Assembly: GCA_032718475.1 (NCBI GenBank) | Contig: JAUCBJ010005099.1 | Location: 1 to 64,000 of the forward strand | DNA length: 64,000 bases | Reading direction: 5' to 3' | From: Nemertoderma westbladi | Taxonomy: Eukaryota; Animalia; Xenacoelomorpha | Made by a program: the position numbers and the translations under genes | In this document: piece after piece, positions 29,209-43,649 of the stretch | Layout of the letters: every line of letters begins with the position of its first letter | Position numbering within the stretch: the stretch's first letter is position 1 | Notes under the pieces: model-generated | Told to the model about the DNA's origin: nothing | Seen by the model: the letters and a program-made list of their open reading frames with translations, nothing else | Database searches by the model: none

Positions 29209-30964
29209 CCCTATAAGCATCAACACGTCAAAAACACGTGGATACGACGTAATTATTCGACGTCAACGTGTTGAAAATGACGTCTTGGCCACGTGTATTT
29301 TGGAAGTGTCAAACACGTGTTTGAGCACCTCAAACTATGACGTGCTACAGTTTACGTCAAATGACTTGTTAGACACGTGTCAATTACGTCATCAGACGTC
29401 AAATACTACACTGGAACACCACACAAGCACGTCAAATGACGTGCTATACACGTACTGTAACAATAACAGACGCCAAATTCACATAACTACACCACACAAG
29501 CACTTACGCGTCGCTTTTTACATCGCTTAGATCCATGACATTAAGATTGAAATTGATTTTACTTTCTTGACGGTGTTTGTTGATACTATAATAAAGAAAA
29601 AACATTATTATATAATGTAACCAACGGACGATAAATTTAATATCCGAATAAATTGTTAATTAACAACTAATAAACACAAATGAAAATAGTACTGATATTA
29701 TATTTAGCACAAGTTTGATTTGGAAATGAATATTAAAATTACAAGATGGAGGGGAAAAAATTATTGGCAAAGATAATAGGGGCGTCTTACTATTTTAAAC
29801 TATTTAATCTGAAAGTGGTTTCCGACTATTTTATACGCTAGAAATCGATTCCGCCGATTCATGTTGTCCAAAAATTTATTCTAATGGGTCAATTTAGCCA
29901 TTTTCTTGTCATTGGTGGTACTCAGAGTGCGCAATAGCACCACTCACACCCACCATAAGCATATTACCTTCCTACCCAGTCACACCCACCTCATTACCTT
30001 CCTACCCACTCAAACCGACTTCATCACCTTCCTACCCACTCACACCCACCTCATTACCTTCCTACCCACTCAAACCCACTTCATTACCTTCCTACCCACT
30101 CACACCCACTCCATTACCTTCCTACCCACTCACACCCACTTCATTACCTTCCTACCCACTCAAACCCACCTCATTACCTTCCTACCCACTCAAACCGACT
30201 TCATCACCTTCCTACCCACTCACACCCACCTCATTACCTTCCTACCCACTCAAACCCACTTCATTACCTTCCTACCCACTCACACCCACTCCATTACCTT
30301 CCTACCCACTCACACCCACCTCATTACCTTCCTACCCACTCACACCCACCATATTAGCTTCCTATCCACTCACACCCACCATATCACCTTCATACCCACT
30401 CACACCCACCTCATTACCTTCCTACCCACAACACCCACCACATTACCTTCCTATCCTACCCACACGCACCCACCTCATTACTTTCCTACCCACTCACACC
30501 CACCACCTATATAAATAACTAACTAAAATATACCCACCACTAATATAAATATACTATACTCATACTGTAGTCAGTGAGTAGGTATAAGTGGTAAGTAGAT
30601 GTGTCATTAAGACGTGCTCAAGACGTAATTTTAGATAATTATTTCCAACATGAAAAGTATCACACAGATACGTGCCGTCTAGACGTGTTCATGACGTCAT
30701 TTTAGGTAATTATATCCACCATGAAAAGTATCACACAGATACGTGCCGTCTAGACGTGTTCATGACGTCATTTTAGGTAATTATATCCACCATATACAGT
30801 ATAAGTCTCATACAGGAACGTGTCAACAAGACGTGTTCAAGACGTAATTTTACGTAATTACGTCAACCATCAAAACTTTGAGTTCTTGCAACAAACATAA
30901 TTGACGTAAAATGACGTCCACATACCTGTTGAGGTGTAAAAATAGACGTCAAATGCTTATAGGG
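29209..30964. mobile_element. Non-autonomous TIR element, CMC/EnSpm-like (CCC termini, 2-bp TSD)
   Basis: TIR CCCTATAAGCAT / ATGCTTATAGGG, AA on both sides, subterminal (G)ACGT(C/G) repeats on both arms. Confidence 0.7.
29941..30505. repeat. 30-bp minisatellite (~18 copies) inside the CMC-like element
   Basis: Unit CCTACCCACTCACACCCAC(C/T)TCATTACCTT. Confidence 0.9.
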
Positions 30965-31006
30965 AATACAATTTCCTGCCAAATAATTTACTGTATATAC
31001 TACTAT

Positions 31007-31105
31007 ATATACACGTATATACATATATATATATACATATATATACGTATATATATATATACATATATACGGATACATATATACAGATATACATATATAT
31101 GTACT
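31007..31105. repeat. (TA/CA)n microsatellite
   Basis: Direct reading. Confidence 0.85.
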
Positions 31106-31559
31106 TCCATAAGGTTCAGTGAAAAAACAACATATATGCTGGACTTTACAAACGTATATGGGCTACTATACAGTATAATACGTTATACCATTAAACTACA
31201 GGTAACCGTTATTACATCCTAGTGTTCTGAATTATTATTTCCGCTACTCAAGTTCTTCAAAAGATCGTATTGATTATAGTAAAGATCTTGTCCAAACTAG
31301 TAGCATCTTTTATTACGGTTATAAAGATAAGATATTTGTAGAATTTGTGACCTGATGTGACCTGATCATCTGACCAGATGTGTTATTATTATTGATCTTT
31401 GCAAATATTGGAGGCATGGTAGATCTTAGATAAAACAAAACTTCGGTTATTTGAATACAAATTGTGAAAAGCATGTTCAATCATAAAGCGAGTTGGAAAA
31501 CAGGATACTGGGATAGTGCTAAACAGACCATTATTGGATATTGTAACGGATTGAACCGG

Positions 31560-31925
31560 ATGCTGAAAGGGGAAAAGCCACCACCAATTTGGACTAAAGG
31601 TCAACTAAAGCCTCTCCCTAAGAAAGGATACCTCGGTGTTCCAACAAACTATCGTGGGATCTGTCTGCTTGTGGTAGCTGCCAAAATATACAACAAAATG
31701 ATTCTATATAGGATTAGGCCTCACATAGAGAAACTACTACGTAAGAGCCAAAAAGGATTTCGACCAAATAGATCAACAATATATACTAGCTCTAAGGATA
31801 TTGGTTGAAGGATTTAATCAAAGAGTGTTCCTGTAATGACATTTGTGGACTTCAAGAAAGTATTCGACCCCATCCATAAAGGAAAATTGCTTGAAATCCT
31901 AAGAGCTTATGGAATACCAGAATGA
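31560..31925 (+). mobile_element. RT fragment of a related RTE-group LINE
   Basis: PLPKKGYLGVPTNYRGICLLVVAAKIYNKMILYRIRPHIEKLLRKSQKGFRPNRST, then frameshifted FVDFKKVFDPIHKGKLLEILRAYGIP. Confidence 0.85.
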
Positions 31926-32269
31926 TCGTTGTTGGCATTGCATTGTTACATTGTGGAACAGCGTGCTGAAGCCCATTGAATTAGATTATAACACAATTAC
32001 CTCGAATGATAATAATATAGATAGGTCATGGTTGAGGTGTGATAAGGCAATGTTAATAATTGTAACTATTTAGTGTTTGTGAGATTTCCCAGATAATAGG
32101 GGAATGTGAACTTTGAACTTTAAAAATAAAAAACTATCTTCACGTATCGGCATCAGATTACCCACTAATTGACTTATCAATTAACTAAGGCACCCCATGC
32201 CGGCCATGCGAATGCGTCATATTTAGTCATTCAGGTGTATGAAGCCACGCAAGTGCATATTATGTATTC

Positions 32270-33345
32270 TGTGTGGGGCGGAACAAAAAAAAATAAACGA
32301 GCTTAGCATACGAGTGGTACCACTAACTTAATCGGAATATCTGTCGTTCTGTCGTATCCAATTTTAAACGTCAACCCTCGACGAAATCTAACCAAACTTG
32401 GTACACACGTTGTTTGGCAAAAGATTATAAATTTTCCAAGTAAGATAAAAGCAGTTAATTAGTTAATTAAGTTGATTACTGTAAAAAGCAGCATTTCTCT
32501 GCTTGCCCTTTAATTGAAATTAATTATTTTCTAGTATTGATTTAAATAATTACTGTATACTTCATTCCAAACCCCATTCCATTATAGTTTTCAAATAGTT
32601 CAAATGATTAACTTTAAGAAATGTTTTTTAATTAATCTTTACGTAATTAACTTATTAAAATTATCGTCTCTCCACACCCTATACTTCCACTCCACCAAAT
32701 ATTAAAATTGACATCGGAAATAAAATCAGCGACCTCGAAAACCCCCATAAATATAATTTTAGATCGGTGATGTGTTTCCTTCATGTCAGACACTATTAAA
32801 CCAACCAGACCCTATACAGGTAGTTTTGCGCGGGAAGGTTTGAACTTTGAAGGCGATTACCTCAGAATGACATTTTTTGTTTTGCACGAAAAATAGTACT
32901 CCTCCGCCATTTCTTGACGTTTTTTTGCAATTTTTGCTTTATATGAAAGGTATTCTACAAGCTTCAATAAATTTAACGCAGTTTTCATAATTTATTAATA
33001 TTTCCCCATTTTTTGAATGAAAACTTACAAAAAAAACATTTAAAAATCGGAAAATAAAATTGGCAAATAACGGAGGAGTAGACTTTTTAGTTAAAATTAT
33101 AAAAGCTCAAGCAGGCCGCTAGGGGGCGTCAAAATACTTTTTTCAAATTTGTATGTACTTGTAATGACTATCTTTTCGATGGTATATCGTTTTCTATGCA
33201 TCTTTCAACCACATTGGAGACATAATAAAATTAAAAATAAAAAAAACCGTAGGGGGGTGCCCCCCACCCCCCCCCCCCCCCACCCCCTTAAATTTCTTAA
33301 AAAGCCTCGTGCTGCGCGAAGGCCCCACGAACGTGTATGCACCAA
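32270..33345. mobile_element. Non-autonomous Helentron-like element (related to 48645-49965)
   Basis: Starts TGTGGGGCG...GAGCTTAGC and ends CGTGCTGCGCGAAGGCCCCAC, as does the 48.6-kb copy; GTGGGGC/GCCCCAC subterminal IR; ACCAAACTTGG core. Confidence 0.55.
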
Positions 33346-33799
33346 GTTTATGGTTATAAATTCCTGTAAAGTATATGGTATCCCCAGCCAACGGCAATAC
33401 TATTCAAATTACTGTAAGAAAAGTAAGAGGTCAATAAGGATAATAATTAGAAAACAGGTTGGAGCATGACAAAGCAAGTGTGGCTACATCGAAGTAGGAA
33501 ATGTGAGGCAAATAATTTCCGATTCACGCCCTTTCCAGTAAGTGGAGCAATGCATCGTCGACAGTCAGAGGCAAGTAAGAGTCATCATCATCCGACAGCT
33601 TGGGTCCGACGATATTGGCTTCTTTTAGCTTATTTTAATTTTATCTAAACTTATGTTTTTTCGTAATTAATGAGTACTGTAGGCCTACTTTTAAATGGGA
33701 AAACTAAAAACCTTACAATTAGTACTGTAGTGTCGGAAAATACGGTACTGATTTAGGCCACATTTAATTTATTTTTTGAAAGGATTGAGAAAAAAGTCA

Positions 33800-35110
33800 A
33801 CTAAATTACGGATAGTTATAAAACCCGAAAATAACGGAATAACGGAATTACGAAATTATTAATGAAAATATTTTAGTTTTATTTTTGTTGTCGGAACACT
33901 TACGCCTTCAATACGACATCAATGTCTCCGACTTTGAACAGCTGATCAATAAAAACCCAGATTGGCCGAAGACATGCCGTTTTCTGTTTGAAATACTAAA
34001 AGTGTTTTAACTGTGTTAAAGCGAACCACTACTTTATGTATAATAATATGACCCTTTAATAATGTGATTTATTTTGCTTTTTTTTTGGTAAAATTATTGT
34101 TGGTGATTGGTTGTTTTAAGTTTAAATTAGTTAAATGAAATATTTGTGCTATTAATTTTGCTCGCGGCTTAACCGAGAGCATCTTACATAAATACTTAAA
34201 TGGAGTATTTAATTGGCCTTTAATTTGGATTAAGTTAGTCTATTGACCCCCCTACCCCTACTATTTGGGTATTTTGAGTGAAAACGTGCTAAAATTACTA
34301 ATTTTGTGACATAATACCTTAATCAATAAACATCTATCTATCTATTGATCTGATAAAACTTTAAATAAAATCTCGCTTTCCAGTGATATCGGTATTATTA
34401 GAAGGCACACTTTTTTATAGAGTAAAATTCGATAATTTCGCCCCATTTTCCACCCTAAAGGTAATTTAATACCAAATACTGTCTCTGCTGATTGTTTGTT
34501 AGGGGAAATCCAATGATGGAAAAACATCACAAGATGGCGCTTATATTAAGACAGTACAGTCAGTAAGTGTAGCGCAGTGTAGGCCTACTGCATTGCGACT
34601 GCTGGACTGTAGTCACGTTCACCTCTGTTCACACACCCTCAGCGCCGCGCCACTTGCCTGACAGTCCCTTGCAGCACACCTATAGCGCTAAGGTAACGTA
34701 CGCCGTAATACAAACTACATTATTTATATGGGACATACATTATTGTAGTGTTGTGTTGGTTAGGGTACCGGTGCCGGACTTCTTTCAACTTTGCCCCTTC
34801 AGGCTGTACCAGGCTTCAGGCTTATGATTACAAAGATCTGCTGATGCTGAGTTGATTCATCCTAGCCGCCACTGGTACATAACACTTATAACAAACAACA
34901 AACCAGCAGGCAGTATTTGGTATTAAGTTACTTTTAAGGTCGAAAATGGGGCGAAATTATCGGATTTTATAAATTAAAAAATGTAAAGTCTTCTACTAAT
35001 CTATCTTACTGGAAAGAGAGAATTTCTAGATTGTTTGAAAATTTCGATATTTTCGTTCGATAATATCGTACTTTTCGTTATTTTCGGGTTTATAACTATC
35101 CTTAAATTAC
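33800..35110. repeat. Diverged fold-back (long inverted repeat) non-autonomous element
   Basis: ~34370-34482 is the inverted match of ~34911-35020; GATAGTTATAAAACCCGAAAATAACG (~33811) is the inverted match of ~35076-35101. Confidence 0.6.
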
Positions 35111-35552
35111 GTTCTTTAGGAAATTAAGAAACAAAATAAATTATTTATAAATTATTTGCTTTACATCGCTTTTGAACCCTTAACATATAAATTAGTTCCG
35201 CTCATCCGTAAAGTTTGCATCACTGGGTCAGCGGCATATAAAGCATTATTTTATTTCCATTTAATAATCCAATCAGGTGTTTGAGTACCGATACGCTGTT
35301 TGGAATTGGAATATATACCATCAGTGCCACGCCTAGTTCATTGTCTGCTGGATCGACTACGGAGTTGCAACATTTATTTAATGGTAGCTAATAATTAATT
35401 ACTTGATTGTATCACTTGTATCAGTCTCTCATTGAACTGTTAACTGACAGTGAAACTAAATGTTCTATAAGAACCGGTAGATGGGCGATGGAATTATCAG
35501 ATGATCGGTCTGTACTACGGTACAAACAATGGCGGCCCACGCGCCACCTTAT

Positions 35553-38500
35553 TCACGGACGAAAGTGACTCACGGACGAAAGTGACTCACGGACGAAGGT
35601 GACTCACGGTCGAAAGTGACTCACGGACGAAGGTGACTCACGGTCGAAAGTGACTCACGGACGAAAGTGACTCACGGACGAAGGTGACTCACGGACGAAG
35701 GTGACTCACGGACGATGGTGACTCACGGACGAAGGTGACTCACAGTCGAAGGTGACTCACGGACGAAGGTGACTCACGGACGAAGGTGACTCACAGTCGA
35801 AGGTGACTCACGGACGAAGGTGACTCACAGTCGAAGGTGGCTCACGGACGAAGGTGGCTCACGGACGAAAGTGACTCACGGGCGATGGTGACTCACGGAC
35901 GAAAGTGACTCACGGACGAAGGTGGCTCACGGACGAAGGTGACTCACGGGCGAAGGTGACTCACGGACGAAGGTGACTTACGGACGAAGGTGACTCACAG
36001 TCGAAGGTGACTCACGGACGAAGGTGACTCACAGTCGAAGGTGACTCACGGACGAAGGTGACTCACAGTCGAAGGTGGCTCACGGACGAAGGTGGCTCAC
36101 GGACGAAAGTGACTCACGGGCGATGGTGACTCACGGACGAAAGTGACTCACGGACGGAGGTGACTCACGGACGAAGGTGACTCACAGTCGAAGGTGACTC
36201 ACGGACGAAGGTGACTCACAGTCGAAAGTGACTCACGGACGGAGGTGACTCACGGACGAAGGTGACTCACAGTCGAAGGTGGCTCAGGTACGAAAGTGCC
36301 TCACAGTCGTAGGTGGCTCACGGACGAAGGTGGCTCACGGACGAAAGTGACTCACGGGCGATGGTGACTCACGGACGAAAGTGACTCACGGACGAAGGTG
36401 ACTCACGGGCGATGCTGAATCACGGACGAAGGTGACTCACGGACGAAGGTGACTTACGGACAAAGGTGACTCACAGTCGAAGGTGACTTACGGACGAAGG
36501 TGACTCACAGTCGAAGGTGACTCACGGTCGAAGGGGACTCACGGTCGAAGGTGACTCACGGACGAAAGCCACTCACTGACGAAGGTGACTCACGACGAAG
36601 GTGACTCACAGTCGAAGGTGACTCACGGACGAAGGTGACTCACGGGCGAAGTTGACTCACGGACGAAGGTGATTCACGGACGAAGGTGACTCACAGTCGA
36701 AGGTGACTCACGGACGAAGGTGACTCACAGTCGAAGGTGACTCACGGACGAAGGTGACTCACGGGCGAAGGTGACTCACGGACGAAGGTGGCTCACGGAC
36801 GAAAGTGACTCACGGACGAAGGTGACTCACGGTCGAAGGTGGCTCACGGACGAAGGTGGCTCACGGAAGTGACTCACGGGCGATGGTGGCTCACGGACGA
36901 AAGTGACTCACGGGCGATGGTGACTCACGGACGAAAGTGACTCACGGACGAAGAAGGTGACTCACGGGCGATGGTGAATCACGGACGAAGGTGACTCACG
37001 GACGAAGGTGACTTACGGACAAAGGTGACTCACAGTTGAAGGTGACTCACGGACGAAAGCCACTCACTGACGAAGGTGACTCACGACGAAGGTGACTCAC
37101 AGTCGAAGGTGACTCACGGACGAAGGTGACTCACGGGCGAAGGTGACTCACGGACGAAGGTGATTCACGGACGAAGGTGACTCACAGTCGAAGGTGACTC
37201 ACGGACGAAGGTGACTCACAGTCGAAGGTGACTCACGGACGAAGGTGACTCACGGGCGAAGGTGACTCACGGACGAAGGTGGCTCACGGACGAAAGCGAC
37301 TCACGGACGAAGGTGACTCACGGACGAAGGTGGCTCACGGACGAAGGTGACTCACGGACGAAAGTGACTCACGGACGAAGGTGACTCACGGTCGAAGGTG
37401 GCTCACGGACGAAGGTGGCTCACGGACGAAAGTGACTCACGGGCGATGGTGACTCACGGACGAAAGTGACTCACGGACGGAGGTGACTCACGGACGAAGG
37501 TGACTCACAGTCGAAGGTGACTCACGGACGAAGGTGACTCACAGTCGAAGGTGACTCACGGACGAAGGTGACTCACAGTCGAAGGTGGCTCACGGACGAA
37601 GGTGGCTCACGGACGAGAGTTACTCACGGGCCATGGTGACTCACGGACGAAAGTGACTCACGGACGAAGGTGGCTCACGGACGAAGGTGACTCACGGGCG
37701 AAGGTGACTCACGGGCGAAAGTGACTCACGGGCGAAAGTGACTCACGGGCGAAAGTGACTCACGGGCGAAGGTGACTCACGGACGAAGGTGACTTACGGA
37801 CGAAGGTGACTCACGGGCGAAAGTGACTCACGAACGAAGGTGGCTCACGAACGAGGGTGACTCACGGACGAGGGTGGCTCACGGACGAGGGTGACTCACG
37901 GACGAGGGTGGCTCACGAACGAGGGTGACTCACGGACGAAGGTGACTCACGGGCGAAGGTGGCTCACGGACGAAGGTGACTCACGGGCGATGGTGACTCA
38001 CGGACGACGTTGACGCACGGACGAAGGTGACTTACGGACGAAGGTGACTCACGGGCGAAGGTGACTCACGGACGACGATGACTCACGGACGAAGGTGACT
38101 TACGGACGAAGGTGACTCACGGGCGAAAGTGACTCACGGACGAAGGTGACTCACGGGCGAAGGTGGCTCACGGACGAAGGTGACTCACAGTCGAAGGTGG
38201 CTCACGGACGAAAGTGACTCACGGACGAAGGGGACTCACGGACGAAGGGGACTCACGGACGAAGGTGACTCACGGGCGAAGGTGACTCACGGACGAAGGT
38301 GACTCACGGACGAAGGTGACTCACGGACGAAGGTGAATCACGGACGATGGTGACTCACGGACGGAGGTGACTCACGGTCGAAAGTGACTCACGGACGGAG
38401 GTGACTCACGGACGAAGATGACTCACGGACGAAGGTGACTCACTGTCGAAGGTGACTCACGGACGAAGGTGGCTCACGGACGAAAGTGACTCACAGTCGA

Positions 38501-41500
38501 AGGTGGCTCACGGACGAGGGTGACTCTCGGACGAAGGGGACTCACGGGCGATGGTGACTCACGGACGAAAGTGACTCACGGACGAAGGTGGCTCACGGAC
38601 GAAGGTGACTCACGGGCGAAGGTGACTCACGGACGAAGGTGACTTACGGACGAAGGTGACTCACAGTCGAAGGTGACTCACGGACGAAGGTGACTCACAG
38701 TCGAAGGTGACTCACGGACGAAGGTGACTCACAGTCGAAGGTGGCTCACGGATGAAGGTGGCTCACGGACGAAAGTGACTCACGGGCGATGGTGACTCAC
38801 GGACGAAAGTGACTCACGGACGGAGGTGACTCACGGACGAAGGTGACTCACAGTCGAAGGTGACTCACGGACGAAGGTGACTCACAGTCGAAAGTGACTC
38901 ACGGACGGAGGTGACTCACGGACGAAGGTGACTCACAGTCGAAGGTGGCTCAGGCACGAAAGTGCCTCACAGTCGTAGGTGGCTCACGGACGAAGGTGGC
39001 TCACGGACGAAAGTGACTCACGGGCGATGGTGACTCACGGACGAAAGTGACTCACGGACGAAGGTGACTCACGGACGAAGGTGACTCACGGACGAAGGTG
39101 ACTTACGGACAAAGGTGACTCACAGTCGAAGGTGACTTACGGACGAAGGTGACTCACAGTCGAAGGTGACTCACGGTCGAAGGGGACTCACGGTCGAAGG
39201 TGACTCACGGACGAAAGCCACTCACTGACGAAGGTGACTCACGACGAAGGTGACTCACAGTCGAAGGTGACTCACGGACGAAGGTGACTCACTGGCGAAG
39301 GTGACTCACGGACGAAGGTGACTCACGGACGAAGGTGACTCACAGTCGAAGGTGACTCACGGACGAAGTGACTCACAGTCGAAGGCGACTCACGGACGAA
39401 GGTGACTCACGGGCGAAGGTGACTCACGGACGAAGGTGGCTCACGGACGAAAGTGACTCACGGACGAAGGTGACTCACGGACGAAGGTGACTCACGGACG
39501 AAGGTGACTCACGGACGAAAGTGACTCACGGACGAAGGTGACTCACGGTCGAAGGTGGCTCACGGACGAAGGTGGCTCACGGACGAAAGTGACTCACGGG
39601 CGATGGTGACTCACGGACGAAAGTGACTCACGGACGGAGGTGACTCACGGACGAAGGTGACTCACAGTCGAAGGTGACTCACGGACGAAGGTGACTCACA
39701 GTCGAAGGTGACTCACGGACGAAGGTGACTCACAGTCGAAGGTGGCTCACGGACGAAGGTGGCTCACGGACGAGAGTTACTCACGGGCCATGGTGACTCA
39801 CGGACGAAAGTGACTCACGGACGAAGGTGGCTCACGGACGAAGGTGATTCACGGGCGAAGGTGACTCACGGGCGAAAGTGACTCACGGGCGAAAGTGACT
39901 CACGGGCGAAAGTGACTCACGGGCGAAGGTGACTCACGGACGAAGGTGACTTACGGACGAAGGTGACTCACGGGCGAAAGTGACTCACGAACGAAGGTGG
40001 CTCACGAACGATGGTGACTCACGGACGAAGGTGACTCACGGACGAGGGTTACTCACGGACGAGGGTGGCTCACGAACGAGGGTGACTCACGGACGAAGGG
40101 GACTCACGGGCGAAGGTGGCTCACGGACGAAGGTGACTCACGGGCGATGGTGACTCACGGACGACGATGACTCACGGACGAAGGTGACTTACGGACGAAG
40201 GTGACTCACGGGCGAAGGTGACTCACGGACGACGATGACTCACGGACGAAGGTGACTTACGGACGAAGGTGACTCACGGGCGAAAGTGACTCACGGACGA
40301 AGGTGACTCACGGGCGAAGGTGGCTCACGGACGAAGGTGACTCACAGTCGAAGGTGGCTCACGGACGAAAGTGACTCACGGACGAAGGGGACTCACGGAC
40401 GAAGGGGACTCACGGACGAAGGTGACTCACGGGCGAAGGTGACTCACGGACGAAGGTGACTCACGGACGAAGGTGACTAACGGACGAAGGTGACTCACGG
40501 ACGAAGGTGAATCACGGGCGATGGTGACTCACGGACGGAGGTGACTCACGGTCGAAAGTGACTCACGGACGGAGGTGACTCACGGACGAAGGTGACTCAC
40601 GGACGAAGGTGACTCACTGTCGAAGGTGACTCACGGACGAAGGTGGCTCACGGACGAAAGTGACTCACAGTCGAAGGTGGCTCACGGACGAAAGTGACTC
40701 ACGGACGAAGGGGACTCACGGACGAAGGTGACTCACGGACGAAGATGACTCACGGACGGAGGTGACTCACGGACGAAGGTGACTCACGGACGAAGGTGAC
40801 TCACAGTCGAAGGTGACTCACGGACGAAGGTGGCTCACGGACGAAAGTGACTCACAGTCGAAGGTGGCTCACGGACGAAAGTGACTCACGGACGAAGGGG
40901 ACTCACGGGCGAAGCTGACTCACGGACGATGGTGACTCACGGACGAAGGGGAATCACGGACGAAGGTGACTCACGGGCGAAGGTGACTTACGGACGAAGG
41001 TGACTCACAGTCGGAGCTGACTCACGGACGAAGGTGACTCACAGTCGAAGGTGACTCACGGACGAAGGTGGCACACGGACGAAAGTGACTCACAGTCGAA
41101 GGTGGCTCACGGACGAAAGTGACTCACGGACGAAGGGGACTCACGGACGAAGCTGACTCACGGACGAAGGTGACTCACGGACGAAGGTGACTCACAGTCG
41201 AAGGTGACTCACGGACGAAGGTGACTCACTGTCGAAGGTGGCTCACGGACGAAGGTGGCTCACGGACGAAAGTGACTCACGGGCGATGGTGACTCACGGA
41301 CGAAAGTGACTCACGGGCGAAGGTGACTCACGGACGAAGGGGACTGACGGACGAAGCTGACTCACGGACGATGGTGACTCACGGACGAAGGTGACTCACG
41401 GACGAAGGGGACTCACGGACGAAGGTGAATCACGGGCGAAGGTGACTCACGGACGAAGGTGACTCACGGACGAAGGTGACTCACAGTCGAAGGTGACTCA

Positions 41501-42043
41501 CGGACGAAGGTGACTCACAGTCGAAGGTGACTCACGGACGAAGGTGACTCACGGGCGAAGGTGACTCACGGACGAAGGTGGCTCACGGACGAAAGTGACT
41601 CACGGACGAAGGTGACTCACGGACGAAGGTGGCTCACGGACGAAGGTGACTCACGGACGAAGGTGACTCACGGGCGAAGGTGACACACGGACGAAGGTGG
41701 CTCACGGACGAAAGTGACTCACGGACGAAGGTGACTCACGTACGAAGGTGGCTCACGGACGAAGGTGACTCACAGTCGAAGGTGGCTCACGGACGAAAGT
41801 GACTCACGGACGAAGGGGACTCACGGACGAAGCTGACTCACGGACGATGGTGACTCACGGACGAAGGTGACTCACGGACGAAGGTGACTCACGGACGAAG
41901 GGGACTCACGGACGAAGGTGGCTCACGGACGAAGTTGACTCACGGACGAAGGTGGCTCACGGACGAAGGTGGCTCACGGACGAAGGTGGCTCACGGAGAT
42001 GGTGTCTCACGGGCGAAGGTGGCTCACGGTCGGAGGTGACTCA
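35553..42043. repeat. 17-bp satellite GTGACTCACGGACGAAG, ~380 copies (6.5 kb)
   Basis: Uninterrupted tandem array with recurring variant units. Confidence 0.97.
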
Positions 42044-43649
42044 TAGGCAAAGATGATAGATACCGAGGTGTTACTCAGGTGACCTAATTTATTGCAAGAA
42101 AACGAGATGTTATCTGCCCTTTTTTATGAGAGATACTGTTAGCGATAGGGGAGCATGAAGACCAAACCAGTTTGTGTTTTTGATATCATGTTTTCAGGTA
42201 ATATTTTTAGTGTGACTGATTTTACAGCAATTGAGCCTACCGTGTGTACTCGGCCGCAATTTACTACAATATACGTTGGCAATCATTATGTATGTTACCC
42301 ACCCTCTACCCATGTCTCATATATTATTGATTTTTTTTTCACATTATTTAACGTTACGATTCTTTCAGATATGGGGGGAACTGGACGCAATAAAAATTAA
42401 TCCCTCTCCAGGGGAAATTGGACGCAAATGTAACCTGTTCTATTGTGTTTAGTTTTTTGTTTTGGTGGAACTCACACACTCGACCTGAGAATGAACAATA
42501 AAACAAAACTGTTCTAATTGAATTGAGCAAGTAGTAGATTTGACACGCGGATCTGTGTTTATCGACAGAACCACCTGTTTTAGTAACAACCCACCAAGTT
42601 AGCGTGTACAAATACTCCATACTCCCATCAACTCTCAAGCCAAGCCAGCCTCCCCTTTCAATTAAATCATACCCCCTCTCATTGAACTCCGCTCGGCCAT
42701 GTTGTTGCTAGGGGTAACAGTGAACTATGAACCAGCCAGTGAGCATGAGTGGCTTCCAGGGTGTATCGTACCTGGGCCCGTGCACAACGGCAACCCCAAG
42801 AAAATCTCACCAACTAGCTTTCCTGCACTGCAACAACTCCACTGCATTCAATTGCCAGGAGCTTCCCAACCTGGCCAGGCAACTATCCTGATAATTTACT
42901 TGTACCGAGGGAAGTAAAGCCATGCCTGTGCACCGATCTATTGCCTGTCGTTCTTAATATAAGCTACAGTATACAGGAAATAGGTTTTATACTTCTTGAG
43001 ACGACTATTGGCTGTTTATTTTGTATGTTTGTTTGTCTCACCACCTCTGAACTCAGGGGTTACTACAGTAGGGCGTCTTGGGGATTCCGTGCATTGAAGA
43101 CAGTACAGAACGCCCGAAATATATACACAAATTTTTTACAGCACGTTTTCATTCTCACTCTTATATTGTTACTTTAAACAACAGGAACTGGTATTGTAAT
43201 TCTAATGTCATTGACTTAGTAGATATACATTGATCTCCATTATACATATTAAAATATTGTCTGCACGGCTACCGATAGCGAGTTTATTTATTTCTTGTAC
43301 AGTAGTAGGCCTATTGTTGGTATATGAAGCTGGTATATTTGAATCTATATTAGGGAGATAAGTAACTATCACCAAGTACACGACGTGTTATAAACTATAT
43401 TGGGCTCATATATTCGTAGTCCTACTGTGTTGTTTACGAAATAATAATAATAATATTAGTTGGATTTATTCTCGCGTGGATATTATTAAACAGAGCCAAC
43501 CAGGTTAGCGTTATACATACTGTAGGTTTATTCTATTTTTAGTGTCTTACGTTTTGATTTTAATATAAGTTTGTAGAGACTCCACGCCCGTTTGGAGCAC
43601 CAATGATTTCTTAGGGGGCTTTTTTCGACAGTTTTTTTATTGTATTTTT

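Noticed and set aside
29906-30514. 202-aa His/Thr-rich ORF
   Set aside because: Product of a 30-bp minisatellite inside a non-autonomous TIR element.
35553-42043. CRISPR array or coding repeat
   Set aside because: No unique spacers, eukaryotic context, no cas genes; the 17-bp unit gives frequent stops.
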